This document shows, piece after piece, positions 48,834-57,536 of a stretch of 64,000 nt of DNA. The position numbers were made by a program, and so were the translations under genes. Location: NCBI GenBank assembly GCA_036336835.1, contig JAYZFK010000093.1:1-64000 (forward strand). The letters run 5' to 3'. This DNA comes from Myxococcota bacterium (GTDB lineage: Bacteria; Myxococcota_A; UBA9160; UBA4427). Numbering within the stretch: the stretch's first letter is position 1; each line of letters begins with the position of its first letter. The notes under the pieces were generated by a model. That model was not told where the DNA came from and searched no databases. It worked only from the letters and a program-made list of their open reading frames with translations.

Positions 48834-50180
48834 CTACTCCAGATAGCCGAGCTGCCGAAGCATCTCGCGGTCGTTGGGCGAGAGCTTCTGCTCTACCGCC
48901 TTTGGTACGTGGAGCCCCGAGCGAAAGTGGGCGAGTGTCTCGCGCATCCGCGCGCGCGTCTCGGGATCGCGCAGCGGACCGCCGCCATCGAGCGAGCGCA
49001 GCTCCTCCGTGGCGCGCCCGTCGCGAAGCTCGCTGCGCACGAACACGTGCCCGTTCTCGACCCAGCCCCAGCGCTTGTTCGCAGACCCCATCAGGGTCGC
49101 GAGATAGGCGCGGCCAGGAATGCTCTCGGCGCTGGCGGCGAGCAGGTCGCGACCCTCGAATTGCGCGTTGGCCGCGACCCCGGCCCGGCCCGCCAGCGTC
49201 GGCAGCAGATCGATCAAGGAGGCGACATCGTGCCGGATGCCGGGCTCGACGCCTGGAATTCGCAGCAGCATCGGTACCCGCACCAGGGCGTCGCTCAGAA
49301 ACTCGCCGTGCGAGAACCAGTAGTTGGATTCTCCGAGGCTCTCGCCGTGATCGGCCGTCAGAGCGATGGTCGCGGTCTCGAGCAAGCCGCGTTCGTCGAG
49401 TCCGTCGAGCAGGCGGCCGAGTTGATCGTCGACGAAGCGCACCTCGCCTGCGTAGCCCGCCCGATAGAAGCCCACGTCGTGGCGGTCCTCGATCAGCTGG
49501 TAGCGCGGGATCGCGCCCACCGCGTTCATCCCGAACGAGGGCAGCTCGCGGCGCCCGTCCTCTTGCGCGAGTGCCGCGTCGAGGTAGCGCTGGCGGAGGT
49601 CTCCCGGGGGCTGGTACGGCCCGTGCGGATCCTGGTAGTGCACCCACAGGAAGATGCCGTTGCCCGGGCTCTCGCGCAGGCGGTCGAGCACCGCAAGGGC
49701 GGCGTCGGTCGTGTGCTCTGCCGTGCGCTCCGGCTGATCGCGGTTTGCCTCGGTCTGCGTGAAGGTGTCGTCGTACTCGTCGAAGCCGGCCTCGATACCC
49801 GTCCCCCGGCGGAGCACGTAGTTGCTGACGGCCGCTCCCGTGCGCCAGCCTTCGAGCCGCAGGATCTCGGCCAGCGTCACGCTGCTGCCGCGGAACAGAT
49901 TCAGGTTGGCGAGGATGCCGACCTCCTCGGGATAGCGGCCGGTGTGGATCGAGGCGATCGACGGAAGGGTGTACGAGGCGGGTGCGTAGCTCGCCGCGAA
50001 GCGAAGACTTCTCGCCGCGAGGGCGTCGATACGCGGCGTCAGCTCCTGTGTGGCGCCGTATGCGCCAACGTGATCGGCGCGCAGCGTATCGATCGTGACC
50101 AGCAGGAGCAGCCTCTCTGCGGGCTGTCCGGAGCAGCCGAATGCGAGGGCGATCACGAGGGGCAGGGCGGTCGAGCGCAC
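48834..50180 (-). CDS. sulfatase-like (alkaline phosphatase superfamily) lipoprotein, Thr-type
   Basis: Lipobox LAFGC; TIDTLRADH, YTLPSIASIHTG, HYQDPHGPY, ADHGE and C-terminal LRQLGY; GTG start 10 nt after TATACT. Confidence 0.88.
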   Translation of the reverse strand: MRSTALPLVIALAFGCSGQPAERLLLLVTIDTLRADHVGAYGATQELTPRIDALAARSLRFAASYAPASYTLPSIASIHTGRYPEEVGILANLNLFRGSSVTLAEILRLEGWRTGAAVSNYVLRRGTGIEAGFDEYDDTFTQTEANRDQPERTAEHTTDAALAVLDRLRESPGNGIFLWVHYQDPHGPYQPPGDLRQRYLDAALAQEDGRRELPSFGMNAVGAIPRYQLIEDRHDVGFYRAGYAGEVRFVDDQLGRLLDGLDERGLLETATIALTADHGESLGESNYWFSHGEFLSDALVRVPMLLRIPGVEPGIRHDVASLIDLLPTLAGRAGVAANAQFEGRDLLAASAESIPGRAYLATLMGSANKRWGWVENGHVFVRSELRDGRATEELRSLDGGGPLRDPETRARMRETLAHFRSGLHVPKAVEQKLSPNDREMLRQLGYLE

Positions 50181-50360
50181 GTGGGGCGCGAGTATAGAAC
50201 TGATCGCTGGCAGGCTCCGGAAGAACACTGGAACGACCCTCTCCCCGTGCTGTCTCAGCGCGAGCCTGGAGAGTCGCGCTGCACGCCTCTCCGGCCCGCC
50301 GAGGGATCGCTAACCTCGGGGACTGACGCCAGCCGTGCCACCGCGAGGAGCTCCCAAGGC

Positions 50361-52634
50361 TTGTCCAGATGTCCGTCCGCGCTGGGCGAGTGGGTCTGCG
50401 CTAGCGGGGTCGCCGCGCTCTCGCTGCTGTTCCGTGCGCTGCCTTTCGCAAACGTGTTCCACGCGGGTCAGGTGATCTTCGCTCCTGCGGACGCGATGTA
50501 CCACGTGCGCCGATCCTACTACACGTTCGAGAGCTGGCCGCACGTGCTGCTGTCCGATCCGTATGTCAATTATCCCGATGGTGCGCCGGTGCCCTGGTCG
50601 CCCTTGCCCGACGTCGTCGCGGGCTCGATCGCCGCGCTGTTCGCGCGGAGCGATGCGGGCTTCGAGTCGATCCTCGCCTGGTGGCCCGCCTTCGTGGGCG
50701 CGCTCGGCGCGCTGCCGATCTACTTCCTCGCGCGCGAGCTCGCTCCTCGAGTCGTCGCCGTCGGGGCGGGCTGTCTCTACGCGCTGCTGCCAATCAGCGT
50801 CAGTTACGGTCGAGTGGGCAATCCCGATCACCACGTCTCTGCGGCGGCTGTCGGTGCGTGTCTGCTGCTGGTGTGCGTGAAGCTGCTCGCCCCGGGTGCG
50901 AGCGCGGCTCGCTTGCGCCGGCTCGCGCTCGCGCTCGCTCTGGTGCGCGCGACGCTGCTGCTGACCTGGCACGGGAGCCTGCTGTACCTCGCGATTGCCG
51001 AGGCGGCGCTGCTGCTCTCCGGCGCGCTCAGCGGTCGGCGCGAGCTGCACGCGGTGCACGCCGCGAGCGCCGTCGGGACGCTGCTGGTGATCGGTCCGCT
51101 GTTTGCGACCTTCCCGACGCCCCTGCTCGGGCTCTACTCGTCGATCGCCCTGTCGCGCCTGCATCTGATCCTGGTGGCGGGAGCCGGGTTCGTCGCGTTC
51201 ACAGGCTGGCTGCGTGCAGCGCGCTCCGAGCGCGAGCGCAGTGTGCTGGTGCGCCTCGGCGAGCTGTCCGCCGTCGCCATCGTTTTCGGGCTCGGCGTGC
51301 TGTCCCTGCCCGGCCCGCGCGCCGGTCTGGTACCCGCGCTTCGCTTCCTCACGATGACCGATTCAGCGGGTGCCATGACGGTGGAGCAGTTCGCGCTGTT
51401 CCCCCTCTTTGGCCGAGCGAGAGAGGGTGCGGCGGCGAACACCTGGGGTGCCTACGCCTATCTGCTGCCTCTCGCGCCCGTGGCGCTGCTGGGTTGGGCG
51501 CGATCGCGTGCGCAGGCGGCCCAGCGCGCCCAGTCGCTGCTCGTTGCGGGCTGGGCTGCCGTGTTCGGATTGCTCGCGCTGACCCAGCGGCGCTATGGCA
51601 ACGACGTTGCGGCGGCGGCCTCGGTGGGCTTCGCCATTGGCGGTGCGCAGCTGGCGTCGCTGCTCCGCAGGCACAGCTCGCTGTCGGGGGCGGTCGCCGG
51701 CACCGCGATCTTCGCGCTGGGCGCAGCGCTCTACGCTCAACCGATCGCCAGGTTCTATCTGCCGTGGGCCCGACGAGCCGTGGCAAATCTGGGGACCTCA
51801 CCGGGTCAGGCCGTGGCGCCTCCCCAGACGATCGGATGGTCGATCCACCGCTTTGCAAAGGCGGTGCGAGCTGTGACCCCCGAGACGACTGGCTTCACCC
51901 ACCCGGCGGCGCGGCCCGAGTACGGGATCGTCTCTCACGCAAATCTCGGCCACGCGCTGCAGTGGGTCGCGCGCCGGGCGACGCCCACGGATCCGTTCTG
52001 GGAGTACATCGGCCCCGAGAACTGGGACCGGGCGTTCGGACTGCTCAACGCCACGCGCGAGCGCCGCGCGGTCGAGCTCGCCGGGGAGCTCCGCGCGCGG
52101 TACGTCGTCGTCACGCCCGGTCCCGCTCGTGACCGGATTGGCGATCGGTTGTTTCGCGACGACGGCCTGCGACGCGGTGGTCACCCGGCGCTGCGGCGCT
52201 TCCGGCTGGTGACGGAGGGGCCGCGCGGCGGGCGTCCGATCCAGGCCGCGTTCGAGCCGCCCTTCGAGCGGCCGCGCGAGTTCGTGCCCTACAAGCTGTT
52301 CGAGATCGTGCGCGGCGCCCGACTCGAGATCGCCGCCGCACCCGAGAGGCACGTCGAGGCGCGGCTGCGCGTGCGAACGCCTACGGGCCGCGAGTTCACC
52401 TACCGAACCGCAGCGCGATCCAACGCCGAGGGCACGGCGCAGCTGCTGGTGCCGTATGCCAACGCGCCCGCCGGACCCGACTCGGGTCCCCACGAGGTCG
52501 TCACCGACCCGGTCTGGAGCATTCGCATCGGCGGAGAGGATGCGGGGGTGCTGTTCGTGCCCGAGCGCGCCGTGCTCGAGGGCCGCGTCGTCAGCTGGCG
52601 CGACCGAGACGAGCCCGGCCAGCCCGCGGACTAG
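50361..52634 (+). CDS. STT3/AglB-like oligosaccharyltransferase with variant WWDYG motif
   Basis: DAMYHVRR, DPYVNYPDG..VPW.P, G.PDHH, TVEQ, QRRY, YGIVSHANLGH...RATPTDPF; TTG 50361 after GAGGAG, start tentative. Confidence 0.82.
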   Translation: MSRCPSALGEWVCASGVAALSLLFRALPFANVFHAGQVIFAPADAMYHVRRSYYTFESWPHVLLSDPYVNYPDGAPVPWSPLPDVVAGSIAALFARSDAGFESILAWWPAFVGALGALPIYFLARELAPRVVAVGAGCLYALLPISVSYGRVGNPDHHVSAAAVGACLLLVCVKLLAPGASAARLRRLALALALVRATLLLTWHGSLLYLAIAEAALLLSGALSGRRELHAVHAASAVGTLLVIGPLFATFPTPLLGLYSSIALSRLHLILVAGAGFVAFTGWLRAARSERERSVLVRLGELSAVAIVFGLGVLSLPGPRAGLVPALRFLTMTDSAGAMTVEQFALFPLFGRAREGAAANTWGAYAYLLPLAPVALLGWARSRAQAAQRAQSLLVAGWAAVFGLLALTQRRYGNDVAAAASVGFAIGGAQLASLLRRHSSLSGAVAGTAIFALGAALYAQPIARFYLPWARRAVANLGTSPGQAVAPPQTIGWSIHRFAKAVRAVTPETTGFTHPAARPEYGIVSHANLGHALQWVARRATPTDPFWEYIGPENWDRAFGLLNATRERRAVELAGELRARYVVVTPGPARDRIGDRLFRDDGLRRGGHPALRRFRLVTEGPRGGRPIQAAFEPPFERPREFVPYKLFEIVRGARLEIAAAPERHVEARLRVRTPTGREFTYRTAARSNAEGTAQLLVPYANAPAGPDSGPHEVVTDPVWSIRIGGEDAGVLFVPERAVLEGRVVSWRDRDEPGQPAD

Positions 52635-54277
52635 AACTCGACGCTGAAGCCCCGGCGGTCGAGGTGCAGCCGATGGGGCCGGGCGATGCGGACGCTGTAG
52701 AAAGCGGGTTCGCCTTCGCGGTCGCGGTGGATGCGTGTCAGCGCGTCATCGCCGAGCGCGGCCATTGCCTGCAGGAATCGCGGGCCGTAACCAAAACGAT
52801 CGTAGGGCCGATCGTGTACCAGGTAGAGGGTCGATGGACTCCCCAGATGGCTCCACTGCCCGAGCATCTCCAGGTCGAGACCGATCCGCCAGAACGGCTC
52901 GATCACCCTCGGATGCGTGGTCGAGAACATCAGCTGGAGGTGGAAGCCCCAGTCCAGACTCACGACGACGTCGTCGGCATCGAGATCGCTTGCGAGCTCG
53001 ACAATCGCCGCGCTCCACCAGCCTCGTCCGCCGGTGCGCTCGATCAGTGATCGCGTAGACGCGATCGACGCAGCTCCGCTCGCCAGCACGGCGATTCCGG
53101 CGACGGCGGCGATTCCGCGCCGCGCGCCGCCGCGATCGGCCTCGCGCACCAGCTGTGCCGCCACCAGCAGGTGGACGAACGGCGCGAGGTTCAACATGTG
53201 ATGCGCGCGCGTGGCACCGGGGAGCGCGAGCATCGCCGCGGCGATGGCCGCGGTCGCAACGGCGACGGCGCCGCGCCCGTCCGACAGGGCGGCGCGACCG
53301 CGCCGCGCCGCCTCGACGCCGCAGGCCACGAGCGCGGCGACCGCGGCAATTCCCAGCAACGCGACGGGCGCGTCGACCGTCGCCAGTGCCTCGTAGCGGC
53401 CGCCGACCGACATCAGCCGGTGCGGGTACGAGCCGTCCAGCGTCGACAACAGTGTGTTCACACGTTCGGTGAAATCGCCGCGGGTGGTCAGCTGGCCCAT
53501 GCCTCCGAACACGCGGCCCGCGTTGAGGAGCATGGGCAGGGCGCCCACGCACAACAGAGCCGTCGCGGCGGCGAGCTCACCGCGTCGTCGGTTCCAGACA
53601 TCGCGGAGTGCCGCGCGGTGGAACAGCGCGAGGCCGAGCAGGGTCGCCGCGCCGATCAGCACGAAGTCGGCGCGGTTGTAGACGCCGAGGCCGAGCGCGA
53701 AGCTGCCGGCGAGCGTCGCGCCGCGTCGTTCGAGCGCGTATCCGCGCAGCAGCAGGACCGCACCCAGGGCGCGGCACAGCCAGCCGGTCGTGAAGGGGCC
53801 CCACTCCCACTGCGCGTGGAAGAAAATCGTCGGGTCCGTAGCGACGAGGGCTCCGCAGAGCAGGGCGACGCGCAGGTCGAAGATGCGCCGGGCGGCCAGC
53901 ATGGTCGCGAGCAGCGCGGCGAGCGCGGTGCCCAGCGTGGTGAGCCGAACCGTGGCGAGCTCGTTGCCGAACAGGGCAAGCGAAGGGATCAACAGCTGGC
54001 TCTTGAGCGAGCCCAGGTAGGGCAGCGCGAACAGCGGAAACGGGCGGCCCAACAACCACGTCTTCTGCGTGCCGGGGGGCATCAGCCCCTCGCGCAGCGG
54101 CTCGACGAATGCCCGACCCTGCTGTGCCAGCCATGCTTCGTCGTAGAGCATGCCCGGGCCGTTTGCCGCGACCGCGAGTCCGACCCACGCGACCGCGATC
54201 ACGAGCCAGCCGAGCACGAGCACCGCGAGCTCGTTCTCGCGCACCCAGCGGTCCATCCAGGAGCTCTCCCTCCGCAT
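52631..54277 (-). CDS. GT-C fold glycosyltransferase (ArnT/GT83/PMT-like)
   Basis: TM1 followed by YDEA, PYLGSLK, multiple TMs, HH loop and periplasmic C-domain with DWG. Confidence 0.8.
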   Translation of the reverse strand: MRRESSWMDRWVRENELAVLVLGWLVIAVAWVGLAVAANGPGMLYDEAWLAQQGRAFVEPLREGLMPPGTQKTWLLGRPFPLFALPYLGSLKSQLLIPSLALFGNELATVRLTTLGTALAALLATMLAARRIFDLRVALLCGALVATDPTIFFHAQWEWGPFTTGWLCRALGAVLLLRGYALERRGATLAGSFALGLGVYNRADFVLIGAATLLGLALFHRAALRDVWNRRRGELAAATALLCVGALPMLLNAGRVFGGMGQLTTRGDFTERVNTLLSTLDGSYPHRLMSVGGRYEALATVDAPVALLGIAAVAALVACGVEAARRGRAALSDGRGAVAVATAAIAAAMLALPGATRAHHMLNLAPFVHLLVAAQLVREADRGGARRGIAAVAGIAVLASGAASIASTRSLIERTGGRGWWSAAIVELASDLDADDVVVSLDWGFHLQLMFSTTHPRVIEPFWRIGLDLEMLGQWSHLGSPSTLYLVHDRPYDRFGYGPRFLQAMAALGDDALTRIHRDREGEPAFYSVRIARPHRLHLDRRGFSVEF

Positions 54278-54463
54278 CGCCCGTTGCCGTCTCGGAGCCC
54301 GAAGCGGTCGACACGGGGCGTGAAGCGGGCAGTCGGAAGTGTCCGAAGGCTACCCGTTCGAGGCTCCGGGCGCCTAGCAGGCGATGAACCCCTGCTGGAA
54401 CGCTGCGCTATCGTCTCGCGCTCCTCGGCCGGTGCCGAACGACACGGAGACGGCGAGCCGCCG

Positions 54464-55897
54464 ATGTCCCCGCGCAGCGCGCTGTACAGGCTCTCGATCG
54501 TCTTGCCCGCGCTCCTGCCGTTCGGCTGCGGTGAGCCCGCTCCCGAGATCGCGCTCGATCCCGCGAGGCCGCCGATCGTGCTGATCACGCTCGACACCAC
54601 TCGCAGCGATCGGCTCGGCTGCTACGGCTACGCGCTGCCCACGAGCCCGCAGCTCGACCGCTTGTGCGAGGACGCGACGCGCTACGACTCGGCCTACTCC
54701 ACCACGAGCTGGACGCTCCCCGCCCACGCATCGCTCTTCACCGGCGAGTACACCTACAGCCACGGTGTTCGCTACGACACCGACGGACCGCTCGTGCTGA
54801 GCGACGCCATCGATCACCGGTCTGCGACGCGCTACCGCGCGCGCGGACTCGACGCGGACAAGCCGACTCTCGCAAGCCGTCTCTCCGAGGCGGGCTACGC
54901 AACGGCCGGGTTCGTTGCGGGACCGTGGATGAAGCGCGTGTTCGGTCTCGCAAGCGGCTTCGACCACTGGGACGACGAGGGGATCGACGAGGAGAACGGC
55001 CGTCGGGCCGATGCGCTGACCGATGCCGCGATCGCCTGGCTGCGTAGCCACACACGTGCGCCGTTCCTGCTGTTCCTCAACTACTACGATGCGCACAGCC
55101 CCTACTCGCCGCCCGACGGCTGGCGCGATCGCTTTGCCGACCAGATCGCCAGTGGTCGACCGCTGCCCGAGCCCGGTGAGCCAATGACTCTCGAGCAGGC
55201 GAATGCCTTCTACGACGCCGAGATCGCCTTCGCCGACCATCATCTGGGACGATTGCTCGACGCGCTGCGCGACTTGGGGCTGTACGCGCCGGCCTGGATC
55301 ATCGTGACCGCGGACCACGGTGACGTGATCGGCGAGCATGGAACCGCGGGGCACGGTCGCTACCTGTGGGAGGAGGAGATCCGGATTCCGCTGGTGATCA
55401 AGCGTCCCGGTGGAGGCCAGGGTGTCGACGCGGCGCCGATCCAGTTGACCGATATTGCACCGATGCTGCTCGAGGGGCTCGGATTGCCGTCACTGCCGCG
55501 CGCCGGCGGCCCGCGCGTGCGGGGGGACGACGCGGTGCTCGCCGAGCTCTACCCGCTTCCCTTGATGTTTGCGAAGGGCGACTGGCGTGCCCTCGTCGTC
55601 GGCCGTCACAAGTTGATGTGGAACAGTCGCGGTCGGCACAAGCTCCACGATCTCGGGGCTCCCGCAGGCGAGGACGAGGATCGCGCGAAGTTTGCCGTGT
55701 CGAGGACCGACTCGCTGCTCGAACGTCTGGAAGAGTTGACCGGGGTACTACCGCCGCCCCGGACGAGTGCCGCCAGCGCCGGGACGGGGGACGAGATCGA
55801 CGACGCCACGCGTCGCGCGCTCGAAGGGCTCGGCTATCTAGAGACGGAGCGCGACGCGTCTGAGGACCATGGCCAAGAAGTCCCGTCAACACCCTGA
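54464..55897 (+). CDS. sulfatase-like (alkaline phosphatase superfamily) lipoprotein, Thr-type
   Basis: Lipobox-like PFGC; TLDTTRSD, WTLPAHASLFTG, YYDAHSPY, ADHGD and C-terminal LEGLGY. Confidence 0.88.
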   Translation: MSPRSALYRLSIVLPALLPFGCGEPAPEIALDPARPPIVLITLDTTRSDRLGCYGYALPTSPQLDRLCEDATRYDSAYSTTSWTLPAHASLFTGEYTYSHGVRYDTDGPLVLSDAIDHRSATRYRARGLDADKPTLASRLSEAGYATAGFVAGPWMKRVFGLASGFDHWDDEGIDEENGRRADALTDAAIAWLRSHTRAPFLLFLNYYDAHSPYSPPDGWRDRFADQIASGRPLPEPGEPMTLEQANAFYDAEIAFADHHLGRLLDALRDLGLYAPAWIIVTADHGDVIGEHGTAGHGRYLWEEEIRIPLVIKRPGGGQGVDAAPIQLTDIAPMLLEGLGLPSLPRAGGPRVRGDDAVLAELYPLPLMFAKGDWRALVVGRHKLMWNSRGRHKLHDLGAPAGEDEDRAKFAVSRTDSLLERLEELTGVLPPPRTSAASAGTGDEIDDATRRALEGLGYLETERDASEDHGQEVPSTP

Positions 55898-57518
55898 GCG
55901 ACCGCGCGCTTCTGGCGCCGGCCCGCATCCGGTCGCTGTCGCGATCGGCTTTGCGGTTCTGGCACTTGCCGTCTACGCGCCGGCGCTCGAGGGTCCCTTC
56001 TTCTCCGACGACCAGCACTACGTCGAGCGCAACCTCTACATCCAGAACCCGAGCCTCGAGAACTGGATCGAGATCTGGAGCCCAACCAGCATCGTCGTGG
56101 TGATGGTCGAGAACTGGGCACCCGTCCACCTGACCCTCCACGCGCTCGCCTGGCAGTGGTTCGGTCCGAAGGTGTTCGGGCACCACGTGTTGGGGGTGCT
56201 GATGCACGCGCTCGGATCGGCGCTGTTGTTCGCGCTGCTCGCGCGAAGCGGGATCCCACGCCGCACCGCGCTGGGGCTCGCCGCCTTCTTCCTGGTGGCG
56301 CCGGCCAACGTCGAGGCAGTAGCGTGGATCTCACAGCTCAAGACGTCGAGCTCGCTAGTTCTTGCGCTGACCGCGTTGTTGCTGCACCCCCGGCGACCCG
56401 GACTGGCGTTGCTCGCCTTCGGGCTCGCCCTGCTCGCGAAGCCGACCGCGGCGGTCGCGCTGCCGGTCGCGCTGGTCTTCTGCTGGGCGCGTCGCGAGCC
56501 CGCGAGCTCACTGGCGTGGCTAGGGGGCTGGGCCGCAGCCTTCGCGGGATTTGCCGCCGCGGAGCTCGCGGCGTTCTTCGAGACCGCCGGCCGCGCCGTG
56601 TCACTGTACGACGGGCCGGCCGAACAGCTTCGCTCCCAAGTTGCGATCGCATTTCGTTATGCGCTGATGGCGATCGGCGGCTGGAAGCTCTCGCTCTTCC
56701 ACGAACCCGCCGCCGCGCGCAGCTGGCTCGATCCGTGGTGGTTCGGGGGGCTCGCCCTGGTCGTCGCGATCGCGTGGCGATCGGTGACGCTGGTGCGACG
56801 GCGCTCGCAGGAGCTCGGGTACTGGGTGTGGGCCGTCGCCTCGTTTGCTCCGGTGAGCGGAATCGTCGCGTTGCCGTATCCGATGGCCGATCGGTATCTC
56901 TACTTCATCTTGCCCGGGCTACTCGGGGCGCTCGCGTTCGCGCTGCCGGAGGCCTGGCAGCGATTTGGACCAGCGCCTTCGGCGCGTTCGCGATCGGCCG
57001 CAGCCGTCGTCGCGGTACTGGGGATCGCGGCCTTCGGGTTTGCGGCGAACCGACACGCGACGCTGTGGGCCGACCCCGAGCTCCTGCTCGCCCGCACGGA
57101 GCGCGTCTACCCCGACGGCCAGATCGCCCGGCTCCGCAGCGCCTACCGGGCTGCGGCCGCTGGAGACGGGGATGCGGCAACAAGACAGTTGCGCGAAGCG
57201 GTCGGACGCGGCTTCGATCGGCTCGACGTGCTGTTGTCCGATCCGGTGTATGTCGCGTTGCGCGGCCACGCGGGGTTCGATGCGCTCGTCGATCAGCTCG
57301 CCCGGGGCATGGTCGAGCATCTCGCAGCGCGGACCGACCCGTCACAGGCCGAGCTGCGGGTGCTCGCACAGGCGCGCATCGTGCTGCGCGATCTCGCTGG
57401 CGCGGAGCGCGCTTATCGTCGCTCGCTCGAGATCGACGGTCCGTACGCAGAGGCGATCGAGCGCGAGCTCGCGCTCCTGCTGCGCGATCGGCGTTTCGAA
57501 GCGATCCGCAAGCGTTAG
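55869..57518 (+). CDS. TMTC-like GT-C membrane protein with C-terminal TPR-like helices
   Basis: FFSDD after TM1, NVEAVAWIS, LAK, ADRYLY and W...LL followed by a helical repeat tail; GAGG SD. Confidence 0.8.
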   Translation: MAKKSRQHPERPRASGAGPHPVAVAIGFAVLALAVYAPALEGPFFSDDQHYVERNLYIQNPSLENWIEIWSPTSIVVVMVENWAPVHLTLHALAWQWFGPKVFGHHVLGVLMHALGSALLFALLARSGIPRRTALGLAAFFLVAPANVEAVAWISQLKTSSSLVLALTALLLHPRRPGLALLAFGLALLAKPTAAVALPVALVFCWARREPASSLAWLGGWAAAFAGFAAAELAAFFETAGRAVSLYDGPAEQLRSQVAIAFRYALMAIGGWKLSLFHEPAAARSWLDPWWFGGLALVVAIAWRSVTLVRRRSQELGYWVWAVASFAPVSGIVALPYPMADRYLYFILPGLLGALAFALPEAWQRFGPAPSARSRSAAAVVAVLGIAAFGFAANRHATLWADPELLLARTERVYPDGQIARLRSAYRAAAAGDGDAATRQLREAVGRGFDRLDVLLSDPVYVALRGHAGFDALVDQLARGMVEHLAARTDPSQAELRVLAQARIVLRDLAGAERAYRRSLEIDGPYAEAIERELALLLRDRRFEAIRKR

Positions 57519-57536
57519 CCGGCTTGCTTCCGGCTG

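Noticed and set aside
48675..50360. 1319-aa ORF suggesting a giant STT3 fusion
   Set aside because: The first ~560 codons are the antisense shadow of the minus-strand sulfatase-like gene; STT3-like sequence begins only near 50361
53171..54463. N-terminal extension of the 908-aa sulfatase-like ORF
   Set aside because: Antisense to the 52631-54277 GT-C gene; a lipoprotein signal starts at ATG 54464
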